Assembly (NCBI GenBank): GCA_965602015.1
Contig: OZ271918.1
Span: 2,400,001-2,464,000, forward strand
Reading direction: 5' to 3'
DNA length: 64,000 nucleotides
Source: Salinispira sp.
Lineage (GTDB): Bacteria > Spirochaetota > Spirochaetia > DSM-27196 > Salinispiraceae
In this document: positions 1-11,059 of the stretch, piece after piece
Layout: every line of letters starts with the position of its first letter
Position numbering within the stretch: position 1 is the first letter of the stretch
Program-made: the position numbers and the translations under genes
Notes under the pieces: model-generated
Database searches by the model: none
What the model was told of the DNA's origin: nothing
Seen by the model: only the letters and a program-made list of their open reading frames with translations

Positions 1-718
1 AGGAACAGCTCGGGCAGAGGAACAGGCTTCGCTCCAAGGTTTCAGCCCGGCCATTTTTCGGCATTGGTCTGGGGTGCTCGCGAAGATAATCCCATTCATT
101 GTGATACAGGGCATTCTGAAGCTTCGAAGTTATTTGCTGCGGCGTCATGGCCTTTATCTCATCCGGTGTGAGAAGAACCCGGTATTCGAACTCTTCGCCT
201 GGAGCATATCGCCTGCCCTTCCATCTCGGACGGGAGATGTACCCCCCGCGGATTACCAGGCTAACAACGGGGGCTTTGAGGAGCCGGATAAGTTTTCCAG
301 TGGAAGGCACTATTTCCATCGTTTCTCCAGCCCAGTTCACATGACCCTCGGGAAAAATGCCGATGACCGAACCGCAGTTTCTTAGCTCCATCAGAGCTCG
401 AAGAGAACCCATATCAGAGCGAAATTTTATTTTCGGGATTGCACCGAGAAGCCTGAGCAATGCCGCCAGCGCAGGCTGCCTAAAAACAAAATCGGAAGCG
501 ATAAAATGAACCTGCCGGTTTAATCCGATGGCGGCGAGAAATGGGTCCCATTTGTTAACATGATTGCCCAGCAAAATCATCGAACCATCAAGATGTTTTA
601 CATCCTCGCTGACAGAAAACCGCATCCGGTAACGGGCAAAAAAAGCCAGATACGCAAAGGGTCTGAGAATCCGGTATGCTATTCGGTTAATAAGGAAACG
701 CTTACATGAAACCGCCAT
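1..718 (-). CDS. Lysophospholipid (1-acyl-glycerol-3-phosphate) acyltransferase, PlsC family; 3'-partial, runs off the window
   Basis: Not in the ORF track. Hand translation from ATG at 718 (GGAG SD upstream) gives MAVSCKRFL...LLGNHVNKWDPF...GIFPEGHVNW, with the NH(x4)D and FPEG acyltransferase motifs. Confidence 0.85.
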   Translation of the reverse strand, partial: MAVSCKRFLINRIAYRILRPFAYLAFFARYRMRFSVSEDVKHLDGSMILLGNHVNKWDPFLAAIGLNRQVHFIASDFVFRQPALAALLRLLGAIPKIKFRSDMGSLRALMELRNCGSVIGIFPEGHVNWAGETMEIVPSTGKLIRLLKAPVVSLVIRGGYISRPRWKGRRYAPGEEFEYRVLLTPDEIKAMTPQQITSKLQNALYHNEWDYLREHPRPMPKNGRAETLERSLFLCPSCS

Positions 719-739
719 GTGGTACTCCGTTGCTCGTGT

Positions 740-3700
740 CTAATGCCCCAACTCAAAGTGTTCTGCACAGAACTGCGCAACATCCCCGACTAATCCATGA
801 AGACCAAGAAAGAGAGCAGAGCGCTGGTCAGCGACCACAACCGGCAGAACAATAGCTGAGTTTATCCTATCCGACAGCGTGATAAAAACCGGCAGCCGAC
901 GACCCAGCTGCTCGCTGCGAAAGTATTCGAGCTGATTGTTTCTGATAATGTCATCAAAAAGCTCTTTGTCCGAATCTCCCCAGGATGAAAAATCATCTTC
1001 GCTAAATCCAATGGAGCCGTCAAGGGAAAGCGTACCTGCTTCGCTTCTTACGAGTGCAATGCTGATCGCATCGACTTCCCGACTCAGACGCATCATAGCT
1101 TTTAAGCTCCTGTTGCTCTTGTGAGGAAATGACGCTTGATATTGGCCGTACAATAGTCCCTGGGACCCGAGCTTTATTTTCGCGAATGATCCGGATTCGC
1201 CGTAAAACTGGCGGGAATCGCCCTGGGATTTTGAATCTTTATTGGTTTCAGCGGTTCCCAAAATATCATCCAGGTCTAGATCCTCACCGGCGAAGATATC
1301 ATGGATTCCCTGAATATCCTCCGGGCTTTCCTCCGGCTTTGTTTTTTGTTCGGAGATTTCACCGAGCAGGTTTTGCAGCTCGGGATCTTTCGTAGAGGAA
1401 CCTGTGTGATACACCGAGTCATTGATTTTTGGTATACCCTCGCTTTCGCTGATTACATCACTTCGGGAAAAACGTCTCCCGATTTCCTCCATAAGCTCAG
1501 GTATACTTATACGAATATAATCCTGTTCAAAGGCGTCTGGTCTCTCTTCACTTAAGTCATCCTGACTTTCAAGCTCATCAAGCAGTTCTATCGGCTCATC
1601 ATCACCGCCGTCGGAATATCCCAGGACACCAACCTGGTTATCATCAGCAGGTCTCAGATCAGATAAATCATCAAGATCCGACAGTTCGTCTAGATCATCA
1701 AGCACTTCGAGAACTTCAAGGGCATCGTCATCACTTTCATCCTGTTCCGTCGGAGCTTCAAGAGCGACGATCGAGTAGTCCATGGAGGATCCCATAAAAC
1801 GGTACCCGCCGGAAGACAGCGCGGATATACCGCTAAAAACTTCCGATCGCACGGGAATTATCTCTTTCGCGGGATTTTCAATATCATCCTGAAGCTGATC
1901 CATGGCTTCCAAGGCATCGCCGGGCTGCATATCTAAATCAAACTCAGCAATATCGGGAAGCTCCAAATCGATATCGCGAATTGCCTGTTCTATATCCAGG
2001 TCGTCAACATATCCATCACCAGTAGAATCTTTATTGACAATGCTATCGAAGTCGGAGACCTCTTCGGAATCATCCTCCATAATGGAATCGGTCTTGAAGT
2101 CCGCTCCATTCTCGCCGACTCGCTTATCAAACTCGGGTCGTTCCGGGGAACCGAGAATTTCGGTAAGATCTTCATCGAGTTCTTCTATGCCATCAGGTTG
2201 AATTGCAAGGGCTACAGGTTCACCGAGGTCCTCGCCTGCGGCGATCTCGCCAAGCTCTTCGACGTCACCGGCCTCTTCGATTTCCTCGATCTCTTCTATT
2301 TCTTCGACTTCGGACAGCTCGTCGGCTTCATCGTGCTCGGAAACTTCCTCCACTTCAACCGGTTCGCCGAGGCCCTCGCCTGCGGCGATATCGCCGAGCT
2401 CTTCGACGGAACCGACCTCTTCGATTTCCTCGATCTCTTCTATTTCTTCGACTTCGGACAGCTCGTCGGCTTCATCGTGCTCGGAAACTTCCTCCACTTC
2501 AACCGGTTCGCCGAGGTCCTCATTTGCGGCGATCTCGCCGAGCTCCTCGACGGCACCGGCCTCTTCGATTTCCTCAAACTCTTCTATTTCTCCGACTTCG
2601 GACAGCTCATCGGCTTCCTCGATCTCGGAAACTTCCTCTACCTCAACCGGTTCGCCGAGGTCCTCGCCTGCGGCGATATCGCCAAGCTCTTCGACGTCAC
2701 CGGCCTCTTCGATTTCATCGATCTCTTCTATTTCTTCGACTTCGGACAGCTCTTCGGCTTCATCGAGCTCGGAAACTTCCTCCACTTCAACCGGTTCGCC
2801 GAGGTCCTCGCCTGCGGCGATATCGCCGAGCTCTTCAACGGCACCGGCCTCTTCGATTTCCTCGATCTCATCTATTTCTTCGACTTCGGACAGCTCTTCG
2901 GCTTCATCGAGCTCGGAAACTTCCTCCACTTCAACCGGTTCGCCGAGGTCCTCGCCTGCGGCGATATCGCCGAGCTCTTCAACGGCACCGGCCTCTTCGA
3001 TTTCCTCGATCTCTTCTATTTCTTCGACTTCGGACAGCTCATCTTCTAACTCAGCGGGTTCTTGATTCCCTTGTTTCTTCTGAGGTACGGGGAGACCAGC
3101 GGGAATGGCGTTAGGATTTAATCCTGTATGTTCAAGCCGGGCCGCAATGTTTTCCACGAGTTGTTCAAGATACCGAGCGTCAAAGTTCACATTGCTGATC
3201 TGGTTTGTCATTCGGCGGCTGCCGAGGATATCGAGTATGTCGTCCCAACTGCTGTCGATGAGTTCATCGTATAGTTGTCGGTCCCGTTTGGTAATTCCGC
3301 TGGTGATACGCTTTTTTATGTCGTCTTTCCGGCTTCGCAACTCTGATTGCCATTTTGCGACATCTATGTTGCCTCTCTGATCCACCGCCTCTTGAAGAAG
3401 GTCGAGTTGAAAACGCTTAACCCGGTCGCGTATCACGACTTCGCTATCCTGCCGAATATTTAACAGGAGAAAAATGAGGAGAAAGGCAGTAAAAAAGAGA
3501 AGCAGGTTGAGAAAAATGATCATGCCGGTGCTCAGCTCTAGTTCAGACAGGGGTACAAGGAAGACTGAACTGCTTTGCTGATCGCCAAGGATCCGTACTA
3601 AAACTTCACCCTGACCATCAATGCTCAAAGTGAGGGCCTCAGAGTTTTTCAAGGCGTCCCAGCGCTCAGTCAATGATCCGACGACTCCTTCAGCTCGCTG

Positions 3701-4396
3701 GGGTGGATTAATGATGAGTCCGTCGGGGGGAAAAATCCGAATTTCGCCCCCAAAGGGTATCAGTTGCTCTCTTGTTAGAATATTGGTAAGGGAACTGGTA
3801 TCGAATTCGAACAGGGCGTAACCGGAAAAAATATCAAAATTGTTATAGACGGGTATGAGATAGATAAAAAGCTGGAATTCCTCGGAAATTCTACGGATCC
3901 AGGACCCGCGATCTTCCGAAGCTAAGTCCTGTACTGTGCCTTCCAAATCGAAGGGAAAATCGAGATCCTCAACCGGAAAATAGCGAATGCCGCTTGTACC
4001 GCGAAATTCAATATCGGAGAAACGGGAGGAATACTCGAGATTTACCAACTGATCGTCTACTATCCGCAGCGAACGTAACGCTGGAAAACCGGAAGTGAAC
4101 TCATCGAGAAGATCCTCTCTAACGTTTATATCCTGGCTCGACTGATTAAGATTAAAGCTGTTTTGAAACGCGGGTTGAGTAACGAGATTTTGTCCTTCGT
4201 TTATGATTTCGGACTGATATTCCTGAAAGACGGAATTCACCCGTTGAAGTTCGGAGTCCACGCTCTCCAGAACCCGGGCGTTGTAGAAGGTGGTTTCAAA
4301 TCTGTCGAAGAACCCCGTAAAGCCAGCTACCAGGAAGGCTCCAGTGACGACCATCCCGACTAACAGGCTTATGAGGAGCTTTTTAATGCTTCCCAT
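740..4396 (-). CDS. Large membrane-anchored hypothetical protein with an acidic tandem-repeat cytoplasmic region
   Basis: 1218-aa ORF with an N-terminal TM, a ~270-aa extracytoplasmic region, a second TM (GMIIFLNLLLFFTAFLLIFLLL), E/D-rich repeats and a globular C-terminus. Confidence 0.85.
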   Translation of the reverse strand: MGSIKKLLISLLVGMVVTGAFLVAGFTGFFDRFETTFYNARVLESVDSELQRVNSVFQEYQSEIINEGQNLVTQPAFQNSFNLNQSSQDINVREDLLDEFTSGFPALRSLRIVDDQLVNLEYSSRFSDIEFRGTSGIRYFPVEDLDFPFDLEGTVQDLASEDRGSWIRRISEEFQLFIYLIPVYNNFDIFSGYALFEFDTSSLTNILTREQLIPFGGEIRIFPPDGLIINPPQRAEGVVGSLTERWDALKNSEALTLSIDGQGEVLVRILGDQQSSSVFLVPLSELELSTGMIIFLNLLLFFTAFLLIFLLLNIRQDSEVVIRDRVKRFQLDLLQEAVDQRGNIDVAKWQSELRSRKDDIKKRITSGITKRDRQLYDELIDSSWDDILDILGSRRMTNQISNVNFDARYLEQLVENIAARLEHTGLNPNAIPAGLPVPQKKQGNQEPAELEDELSEVEEIEEIEEIEEAGAVEELGDIAAGEDLGEPVEVEEVSELDEAEELSEVEEIDEIEEIEEAGAVEELGDIAAGEDLGEPVEVEEVSELDEAEELSEVEEIEEIDEIEEAGDVEELGDIAAGEDLGEPVEVEEVSEIEEADELSEVGEIEEFEEIEEAGAVEELGEIAANEDLGEPVEVEEVSEHDEADELSEVEEIEEIEEIEEVGSVEELGDIAAGEGLGEPVEVEEVSEHDEADELSEVEEIEEIEEIEEAGDVEELGEIAAGEDLGEPVALAIQPDGIEELDEDLTEILGSPERPEFDKRVGENGADFKTDSIMEDDSEEVSDFDSIVNKDSTGDGYVDDLDIEQAIRDIDLELPDIAEFDLDMQPGDALEAMDQLQDDIENPAKEIIPVRSEVFSGISALSSGGYRFMGSSMDYSIVALEAPTEQDESDDDALEVLEVLDDLDELSDLDDLSDLRPADDNQVGVLGYSDGGDDEPIELLDELESQDDLSEERPDAFEQDYIRISIPELMEEIGRRFSRSDVISESEGIPKINDSVYHTGSSTKDPELQNLLGEISEQKTKPEESPEDIQGIHDIFAGEDLDLDDILGTAETNKDSKSQGDSRQFYGESGSFAKIKLGSQGLLYGQYQASFPHKSNRSLKAMMRLSREVDAISIALVRSEAGTLSLDGSIGFSEDDFSSWGDSDKELFDDIIRNNQLEYFRSEQLGRRLPVFITLSDRINSAIVLPVVVADQRSALFLGLHGLVGDVAQFCAEHFELGH
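2215..3040 (-). repeat. Intragenic tandem repeat, 144-bp (48-aa) unit, about 5.7 copies
   Basis: CGGACAGCTC recurs at 2311, 2455, 2599, 2743, 2887 and 3031 (exact 144-bp period). Unit is ELSEVEEIEEIEEIEEAGAVEELGDIAAGEDLGEPVEVEEVSELDEAE. Confidence 0.95.
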
Positions 4397-4494
4397 ATAT
4401 CAAATATCCGCAGACCTTTTCGTATAACTATATCGACATTATCAAGCTTAGACAAAAGGGTTAAGTTGCCCTCCTTTCCACCCATCATCGGAGC

Positions 4495-4530
4495 AAAAAA
4501 AAACAGAAGATCCTGTTGAATCTTCTGTTT
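4495..4530 (-). terminator. Rho-independent terminator after rplQ
   Basis: Stem AAACAGAAGAT/ATCTTCTGTTT (4501-4511 and 4520-4530), followed on the minus strand by a T tract. Confidence 0.8.
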
Positions 4531-4572
4531 CATAGAATAACGCCGATCAATGCACTGCGTCTGCCGGTCTTA

Positions 4573-4938
4573 TTATTCAGCAGCGCGTTCTACTAGTTCC
4601 AACAATACCATTTCAGCGGCATCTCCGGAACGCTGACCGAGTTTGTAAACCCGGGTGTATCCGCCGTTCCGTTCCTTGAAGCGGGGGCCGATGTCGGTGA
4701 AGAGTTTCGCGAGAATCTCTTTGTCCTTAATCCGACGCCCGACCATTCTCCGGTTGTGTACCGAATCTTCCTTAGCCCGGGTGATCATTTTCTCGGCAGT
4801 CCGGCGGATTTCCATTGCCTTAGTCTTGGTAGTCTTTATCCGCTCATACCGAAAAAGTGAAGTGACCATATTCCGGGTCAGTGATTCCCGATGGCTTGCT
4901 TTTCTCCCCAGGGGGTTATAACCGATTTTATGCCTCAT
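4573..4938 (-). CDS. rplQ: 50S ribosomal protein L17
   Basis: MRHK...LGRKASHR...RNGGYTR; follows rpoA. Confidence 0.97.
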   Translation of the reverse strand: MRHKIGYNPLGRKASHRESLTRNMVTSLFRYERIKTTKTKAMEIRRTAEKMITRAKEDSVHNRRMVGRRIKDKEILAKLFTDIGPRFKERNGGYTRVYKLGQRSGDAAEMVLLELVERAAE

Positions 4939-5986
4939 CGTTCACATCTTCCTTCTTCTCCGGCACCCGGGCAGTTCCTTTCAAGGAACTATAATCAGTC
5001 ATTCCAAGCGAAAGGTTCCACTCTTTGAGCTTTTCCTTTATTTCCTGGAGCGACTTCTTCCCGAAGTTCCGGGTTTTTGCTATTTCATCTTCTGTCTTGG
5101 AGGTCAGGTCGCCGATGGTCTTGATGCTCGCGTTCTTCAGGCAATTGCTCGAGCGAACGGATAATTCAAGCTCTTCGACGGGAGTATCGAGGATGGCCTG
5201 AATGCGGGCATTCTCTTCATCCACGTCTTCTTCAGCCAGAATATCGTTCTCATCGAAGTTGATAAAAATCGTGAAGTGATCCTTCGCGATCTTAGCAGCC
5301 TCAGCCAGAGCGTCATCGGGCTTGATGGTACCATCGGTCCACACTTCCAAAGTCAGCTTGTCATAATCGGCACGGTTACCAACCCGAGTGTCTTCGGTTG
5401 AATACACAACACGGCGAATTGGCGAGAACACCGCATCAACCGGTATGGTCCCGATTATTTCAATATATTTTTCATTTAACTCCGCGGGTACGTAGCCGCG
5501 GCCGAGATCTATCTGGATCTCGATTTCAAGGTTCGCCTTGGGCATACAGCTTAGGAGGTGCAAATCCTTGTTGATGACTTCGACGTCGCTGTCGACTTCC
5601 AGGCTCGCGCCGGTCATCTTTCCCTCACCCTTCACTTCAACCATAATGGTTTTTTGCTCAGTGTCCTCGGGCAACTGGATCTGCAGCTGTTTGAGGCTGT
5701 TAATGAAATCGGAAGTATCTTCCACGACCTCAGGAATCGCCTCATATTCGCTGGACAACACATGCGCGTTGCCGTCGGCATCGTAGGAGGTAATCCGGAT
5801 AGCGGTTACTGCATATCCCTGGATGCTAGAGAGGAGAATCCGTCGAAGGGAGTTGCCAATCGTAGTACCGTATCCCCGTTCGAAGGGATAGGCTACAAAA
5901 CGCCCGTAATCGGGATTTACTTCGCTGTACTCAAAGGTGATTCCCTTTGGTTTTTTAAAACCTTTTAACAGGTTTTTCCGTGCCAT
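4928..5986 (-). CDS. rpoA: RNA polymerase alpha subunit
   Basis: [21 protein letters not shown] and alpha-[16 protein letters not shown]...NFGKKSL. Confidence 0.98.
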   Translation of the reverse strand: MARKNLLKGFKKPKGITFEYSEVNPDYGRFVAYPFERGYGTTIGNSLRRILLSSIQGYAVTAIRITSYDADGNAHVLSSEYEAIPEVVEDTSDFINSLKQLQIQLPEDTEQKTIMVEVKGEGKMTGASLEVDSDVEVINKDLHLLSCMPKANLEIEIQIDLGRGYVPAELNEKYIEIIGTIPVDAVFSPIRRVVYSTEDTRVGNRADYDKLTLEVWTDGTIKPDDALAEAAKIAKDHFTIFINFDENDILAEEDVDEENARIQAILDTPVEELELSVRSSNCLKNASIKTIGDLTSKTEDEIAKTRNFGKKSLQEIKEKLKEWNLSLGMTDYSSLKGTARVPEKKEDVNDEA

Positions 5987-6117
5987 GTATTCTCCTTGGT
6001 TGCATAGGCGAAAAGACTGCCGAGGCAGCCCTGAATCACCTTTATTACCTGGTTTTTTATCTCATATATCGGCGCGGAGCCCGGGCAGCCAAGATTATCT
6101 GCTCGGGCTCACCGAGA

Positions 6118-6501
6118 TTAGACTCTTCGAGTCTTTCTGGGACGGCAGCCGTTATGCGGAATGGGCGTAACATCCTTGATGCTTTTGACCCTCAGACCCA
6201 GGTTGCCCAGAGAACGGATTGCGCTTTCGCGCCCGACGCCGGGACCCTTTACGAATACATGCACTTCTTTCAAGCCGGAATCCATGGCCTTCTGTGCGGC
6301 GGTTTCCGCAGTAGTCTGAGCAGCATAGGGAGTGGACTTTTTCGCACCCTTGAAGCCGAGACCGCCCGCACTGGCCCAGGAGATGGTATTACCCCGAAGG
6401 TCGGAAATGGTGACGATTGTATTGTTAAACGTCGCCTGAATGTGAACCTGACCCTCGAATACCGTCTTTTTCTCTTTTTTCTTTTTGCTAACCTTAGCCA
6501 A
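6118..6501 (-). CDS. rpsK: 30S ribosomal protein S11
   Basis: [29 protein letters not shown]. Confidence 0.98.
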   Translation of the reverse strand: MAKVSKKKKEKKTVFEGQVHIQATFNNTIVTISDLRGNTISWASAGGLGFKGAKKSTPYAAQTTAETAAQKAMDSGLKEVHVFVKGPGVGRESAIRSLGNLGLRVKSIKDVTPIPHNGCRPRKTRRV

Positions 6502-6519
6502 TTAAACCCTCCAGGGTAT

Positions 6520-6885
6520 TTACTTCTTCTTACCTGCGACGGTCTTCTTCTTACCCTTTCGGGTGCGGGCATTGGTCTGGGTGCGCTGTCCGCGAACCGG
6601 AAGCCCCTTTCTGTGCCGAAGACCACGGTAGGATCCAATATCCATGAGGCGCTTGATATTAAGACTGATCTCAGTCCTCAAACGACCTTCAACCTTGTAC
6701 TCGTTTTCAATGATTCCCCGAAGAGCGTTTGTCTCCTCGGACGTCAGTTCATTGGTTCTTTTATCCCGGGCGATCCCGGCCTTGTCACAGATTTCCTGCG
6801 CCGAGGTTCGGCCAATACCGAAGATATAAGTAAGAGCAATTTCAATGTGTTTGTTAGGTAAGTCTACACCGGCAATACGCGCCAT
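6520..6885 (-). CDS. rpsM: 30S ribosomal protein S13
   Basis: [10 protein letters not shown]...[18 protein letters not shown]. Confidence 0.98.
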   Translation of the reverse strand: MARIAGVDLPNKHIEIALTYIFGIGRTSAQEICDKAGIARDKRTNELTSEETNALRGIIENEYKVEGRLRTEISLNIKRLMDIGSYRGLRHRKGLPVRGQRTQTNARTRKGKKKTVAGKKK

Positions 6886-6897
6886 TTACGACCCCTC

Positions 6898-7011
6898 CTA
6901 CTTTTGTCTCTGCTTGTGCTTGGGATTTTCGCAGATGATGCGTACAACCCCCCGCCGCCGAATAACTTTGCATTTGTCACAGATCGGCTTAACACTAACC
7001 CGTACTTTCAT
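6898..7011 (-). CDS. rpmJ: 50S ribosomal protein L36 (Zn-binding form)
   Basis: Below the ORF-track cutoff. Hand translation: [37 protein letters not shown]. Confidence 0.97.
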   Translation of the reverse strand: MKVRVSVKPICDKCKVIRRRGVVRIICENPKHKQRQK

Positions 7012-7029
7012 GTTCCGTTCCTTTTTACT

Positions 7030-8355
7030 TTACAAATTTCGGGACTTGATGCGTCCCTTCTTTGTAAGACCGTCCTGATGGTGCATCCGAAGCTGCCCAT
7101 CAATCTGGCTCATCAGGTCGAGGTCAACGCCGACGAGAATCAGCAGCGAGGTACCGCCCATCAGAAATGCTACCTGAGAGGGGAAGTTGAACACCGACTG
7201 CGCGATGGTCGGGATGACCGCAATAAATGCCAGGAATAATGCACCCGGAAGGATAATCCGGTTCAGTACCCGCGACATATGATCTTCCATCTTGTCCGCC
7301 CGGATTCCCGGAATCGAACCGCCATTCTCCCGGATTTGCCGGGAAATTTCAATGGGGTTGAGGGAAACCTGGGTGTAAAAGTATGCAAAGAATACAATTA
7401 GGAGCGTATAAATGATTATGTAGGGGGCTCCGTCAGGTCTCAGCCAGTTCTGCAGATTCTGCAGCCACCGGACGTTCGATGCCAGACCGCTTGCGATCTG
7501 GATGGGAAACGTCAGGATTGAGCTTGCAAAAATGACCGGAATGACACCCGAGGGGTTGATTTTGAAGGGAATGTAGGTGCTTTGAGCGCCGTACATTTTC
7601 CTGCCAACAACCCGCTTTGCATAGTTTACCGGAATCTTTCTCTGTCCCTTCTGCTCGTAAATTACCAGCACGATTACCGCTACGAACATAAGGCCCGCGA
7701 GCATTACGAATACCGGGTTCAGCGTGTTGTTCCGGATACCCTGTATAAGGGACCATACCGCTCCGGGCATCCGCGCCACGATTCCCGCAAAAATTATCAG
7801 CGAAATACCGTTGCCGATTCCCCGCTGGTTAATCTGCTCGCCCATCCACATCAGGAAGAGGGTACCAACGGTAACAGACATCATCGCGAAAATGGTAAAG
7901 GCGAGAGGGCTGTTCAGGGCAATGGCGCCGGGAATACTGGATGCATAGGTCCGGACGACTACCGACTGAATAATGGCAACCACAACGGTACCGTATCGGA
8001 TGTATCTCTGGATTTTCTTGGTTCCGCCCTCTTCGGTCTGCAGCTTCTTAAGAGAAGGAAACACCAGCAGCAGGAGCTGCATGATGATCGACATCGAGAT
8101 GTAGGGCATGATACCCAGCATAAATACCGAAAAGTTGGAAAAGGCGCCGCCGGAGAAAAAATCCAGGTACCCGGTGATGCTCAATCCGCTTCCGCTCTGC
8201 TGGGCGGTAATAGCCGCCTGAACCGCGCTGACATCGATACCCGGGATGGGAATAAAGGTTCCCACCCGGTAAATCACCAGCACGCCGAGGGTAAAGAGGA
8301 TTCGATCACGCAGATCTTTAATCCTGAAAATGTCCGTCAACGGATTATTCGCCAT
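7030..8355 (-). CDS. secY: Preprotein translocase subunit SecY
   Basis: LGIMPYIS, GIGNGISLIIFAGIV, GSIPGIR, GGTSLLI; multiple TMs. Confidence 0.98.
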   Translation of the reverse strand: MANNPLTDIFRIKDLRDRILFTLGVLVIYRVGTFIPIPGIDVSAVQAAITAQQSGSGLSITGYLDFFSGGAFSNFSVFMLGIMPYISMSIIMQLLLLVFPSLKKLQTEEGGTKKIQRYIRYGTVVVAIIQSVVVRTYASSIPGAIALNSPLAFTIFAMMSVTVGTLFLMWMGEQINQRGIGNGISLIIFAGIVARMPGAVWSLIQGIRNNTLNPVFVMLAGLMFVAVIVLVIYEQKGQRKIPVNYAKRVVGRKMYGAQSTYIPFKINPSGVIPVIFASSILTFPIQIASGLASNVRWLQNLQNWLRPDGAPYIIIYTLLIVFFAYFYTQVSLNPIEISRQIRENGGSIPGIRADKMEDHMSRVLNRIILPGALFLAFIAVIPTIAQSVFNFPSQVAFLMGGTSLLILVGVDLDLMSQIDGQLRMHHQDGLTKKGRIKSRNL

Positions 8356-8821
8356 CGTTCTGATCCTGTTCTTCGAGCACCTTTATTTCGGTAACGCTTC
8401 CGCCCGCCGCTTCGATTTTCGCCTTCGCTGAAGCTGAAACGGATACGAACTCAACGTTCACTTTTTTCTTAATCTCGCCGCCGCCGAGGATTTTCACTGC
8501 GCTTTGGCTGGCCTTGATAAGGCCCTTAGCGAGCAATGTTTCAAGAGAAACAGTTTCCCCGCTTTTGTACTTGGTCTGAATTGCATCGAGATTAAGAACG
8601 ACGTATTCCTGCTTGAAGGGATAATTGCTGAATCCCCGACGGGCGATACGTCTGTACAAGGGCATCTGTCCACCCTCGAATCCGGGACGAACACCGCCCC
8701 CGGAACGGGCGTTCTGACCGTTGTTACCCTTTCCTGCGGTACAGCCAAGGCCACTGCCCTGACCGCGCCCTACCCGCTTTTTAGCACGGGTGGAACCGCT
8801 GGGTTTATTGATCATACTCAT
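8345..8821 (-). CDS. rplO: 50S ribosomal protein L15
   Basis: [21 protein letters not shown]. Confidence 0.97.
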   Translation of the reverse strand: MSMINKPSGSTRAKKRVGRGQGSGLGCTAGKGNNGQNARSGGGVRPGFEGGQMPLYRRIARRGFSNYPFKQEYVVLNLDAIQTKYKSGETVSLETLLAKGLIKASQSAVKILGGGEIKKKVNVEFVSVSASAKAKIEAAGGSVTEIKVLEEQDQNDGE

Positions 8822-9000
8822 TTTTTAATCTCCTCTACTTCAAGGAGGTAGCCGACTGAGTCGATCATTCCCTGAATCATGGGATTAAGCTCTTTATCCA
8901 CCGACTGGTTCATCTTCCGAAGACCGAGGGCTTCAACTGTCGCCCGATGCTTCGGCTTTCGGCCGATGGGACTCTTTTTCAAGGTAATCCGTACTTTCAT
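8818..9000 (-). CDS. rpmD: 50S ribosomal protein L30
   Basis: [10 protein letters not shown]...ALGLRK; spc operon position. Confidence 0.96.
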   Translation of the reverse strand: MKVRITLKKSPIGRKPKHRATVEALGLRKMNQSVDKELNPMIQGMIDSVGYLLEVEEIKK

Positions 9001-9006
9001 TGTTAG

Positions 9007-9522
9007 TTACCCCCAGAGTTCCTTCAGGCTCTTGCCGCGGTTTGCGGCGACCTTTTTAGCATCGAAGAGATTCTCCAGCCCCTGGAAGGTGGCCTTAACC
9101 ACGTTAATGGCATTTTGGCTTCCGAGTGACTTGCTGAGAACATCGCTCACACCGCCGCACTCCAGAATTGCCCGTACCGCCCCGCCGGCGATTACGCCGG
9201 CCCCGGGAGCCGCAGGCTTCAGCAAAATGGAAGAACTCTTATACTTACCGGTGATCGTATGAGGCAATGTCCCGTTTTTGATGGGCAGGGTGATCATTCC
9301 CTTCTTGCCCTTCTCAACAGCCTTTCGGATTGCCTCGGATACATCGTTGGCCTTACCAAATCCGAATCCGACCTTCCCCTTTTTGTCGCCGACGACGACA
9401 AGCGCGGAGAAACTGAACCGGCGCCCGCCTTTTACAACCTTGGCGACCCGGTTGAGCTGGATCAGTTTTTCGGTAAACTCTTTATCATGATCGCGATCGC
9501 GACCTCTGTTTCTTCTATCCAC
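9007..9522 (-). CDS. rpsE: 30S ribosomal protein S5
   Basis: [23 protein letters not shown]. Confidence 0.98.
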   Translation of the reverse strand: MDRRNRGRDRDHDKEFTEKLIQLNRVAKVVKGGRRFSFSALVVVGDKKGKVGFGFGKANDVSEAIRKAVEKGKKGMITLPIKNGTLPHTITGKYKSSSILLKPAAPGAGVIAGGAVRAILECGGVSDVLSKSLGSQNAINVVKATFQGLENLFDAKKVAANRGKSLKELWG

Positions 9523-9532
9523 GTCTTCCTCC

Positions 9533-9892
9533 CTAGAACCTGATCCCGGACTTCCGGGCTCCGTCTGCGAAGGCCTTGATAACCCCGTGATAGAGCATAC
9601 CGTTCCGGTCGAAAACCACTTCCTCGATTTTTAGCTCCTTGAGCTTGGCGCCCAAGGCTTCACCGAGCTTGCCGGCATCTTCAATGTTGACCTTCAGTTT
9701 CTTAAACTCTTCAGCCTGGGTTGAGACCGAGGCGATGGTATGACCCTTCGCATCATCAATAACCTGGGCATACATATTCTTGTTGCTCTTGAAGACGCTC
9801 AGCCGAGGCCGATTTTCGCTTCCGGTTATCTTCTTCCGGACACGCATCTTTCGTTTGCGGAGTCTCCGCTGTTTTTCAACCAATTTTTTCAT
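9533..9892 (-). CDS. rplR: 50S ribosomal protein L18
   Basis: [21 protein letters not shown]. Confidence 0.97.
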   Translation of the reverse strand: MKKLVEKQRRLRKRKMRVRKKITGSENRPRLSVFKSNKNMYAQVIDDAKGHTIASVSTQAEEFKKLKVNIEDAGKLGEALGAKLKELKIEEVVFDRNGMLYHGVIKAFADGARKSGIRF

Positions 9893-9904
9893 ATCTATGC
9901 CCTA

Positions 9905-10444
9905 TTATTTGATACCGGTCTTTCCTTCCTTGCGGCGGATGTATTCGTTCTCGTAGCGAACTCCCTTACCCTTGTAGGGTTCGGGCGGACGAATTGAGCG
10001 AATCTCCGCAGCAACCTGACCAACCAATACCTTGTCGATGCCCTTGATGCTTACCTTGTTCTGGCCCTCAACGGCGACCTCTATGCCATCGGGAAGCACG
10101 TACTCAACCTGATTAGAGAAACCGAGGTTGAGCAAAAGACTGTTGCCCTTAAGCTCCGCGCGATAACCAACACCGTTTATCACAAGCACTTTTTCAAAGC
10201 CCTTGCTGACGCCGGTGACCATGTTGTTCAACAGGTTACGGTACAGACCGTGAAGGCTCTTGGCTTTCTTGCTTTCATCGATACGGGTGACTTCGACAGA
10301 ACTGTCCCCGATAGAAAACTTCACGAAAGGCAGATAACTCTGGACGAGTTCACCCTTTGGCCCTTTTACGGAAAAGGCATCGTCTTTGACGTTTACTGTT
10401 ACGCCCTGCGGGAGTTCCACGGGCAGTTTACCAACTCGCGACAT
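9905..10444 (-). CDS. rplF: 50S ribosomal protein L6
   Basis: MSRVGKLP, GVGYRA, RPPEPYKGKGVRY. Confidence 0.98.
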   Translation of the reverse strand: MSRVGKLPVELPQGVTVNVKDDAFSVKGPKGELVQSYLPFVKFSIGDSSVEVTRIDESKKAKSLHGLYRNLLNNMVTGVSKGFEKVLVINGVGYRAELKGNSLLLNLGFSNQVEYVLPDGIEVAVEGQNKVSIKGIDKVLVGQVAAEIRSIRPPEPYKGKGVRYENEYIRRKEGKTGIK

Positions 10445-10453
10445 GTTTCCTCC

Positions 10454-10852
10454 CTACCAGATCGAGCAGATCAGCTCGCCCCCGACCTTCTTTTCACTGG
10501 CCTTGCGGCCGGTTGTCACACCGTTGGAGGTGGACACGATCAGGGTTCCATAACCATTGAATATCCGGGGCAGCTCTTTATACCCTGAATATACCCGACG
10601 ACCGGGCTTGGAGATCTTCTGCAGGCCGTGGATAATGGGCTTATCGTTCTCATCATACTTGAGAAAAACCCTGATCACATCGTGACCATCCACCGCGACC
10701 TTCTTGAAGTTCTTCACATAGCCTTCATTCTTCAGAATTTTCACAATTTCCAGTTTCAGCTTTGAGGGAGTAACATCCACCTTCTCAAAACCCGCCATGG
10801 AGGCATTCCGGATTTTTGTGAGCATATCTGCTACAGGATCGCTAATACTCAT
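10454..10852 (-). CDS. rpsH: 30S ribosomal protein S8
   Basis: [28 protein letters not shown]. Confidence 0.98.
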   Translation of the reverse strand: MSISDPVADMLTKIRNASMAGFEKVDVTPSKLKLEIVKILKNEGYVKNFKKVAVDGHDVIRVFLKYDENDKPIIHGLQKISKPGRRVYSGYKELPRIFNGYGTLIVSTSNGVTTGRKASEKKVGGELICSIW

Positions 10853-10863
10853 TCTTTACTCCC

Positions 10864-11049
10864 TTACCAGCTGGATTTCGTAACGCCGGGAATCAGCCCT
10901 TCTGAGGCGTATTTCCGGAAACAGACACGACACATCTGGAATTTCCGCATATAACCGCGGGGCCGGCCACAGACTCTGCAACGGTTCACCTTGCGGGTGC
11001 TGTATTTCGGCTTGCGCTGTGCCTTTATAATCATTGATTTTTTAGCCAT
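10864..11049 (-). CDS. rpsN: 30S ribosomal protein S14, type Z (61 aa, Zn-binding)
   Basis: Start reassigned to MAKKS at 11049; CRVCGR...CRVCFR. Confidence 0.96.
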   Translation of the reverse strand: MAKKSMIIKAQRKPKYSTRKVNRCRVCGRPRGYMRKFQMCRVCFRKYASEGLIPGVTKSSW

Positions 11050-11059
11050 GTCTAACCCC

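Noticed and set aside
2215..3040. Possible CRISPR array
   Set aside because: Units are contiguous, in-frame coding repeats with no unique spacers, and no cas genes are present.
2198..3114. Two long repetitive plus-strand ORFs (283 and 303 aa)
   Set aside because: Antisense shadows of the Glu-rich 144-bp repeat in the 1218-aa gene; no independent coding evidence.
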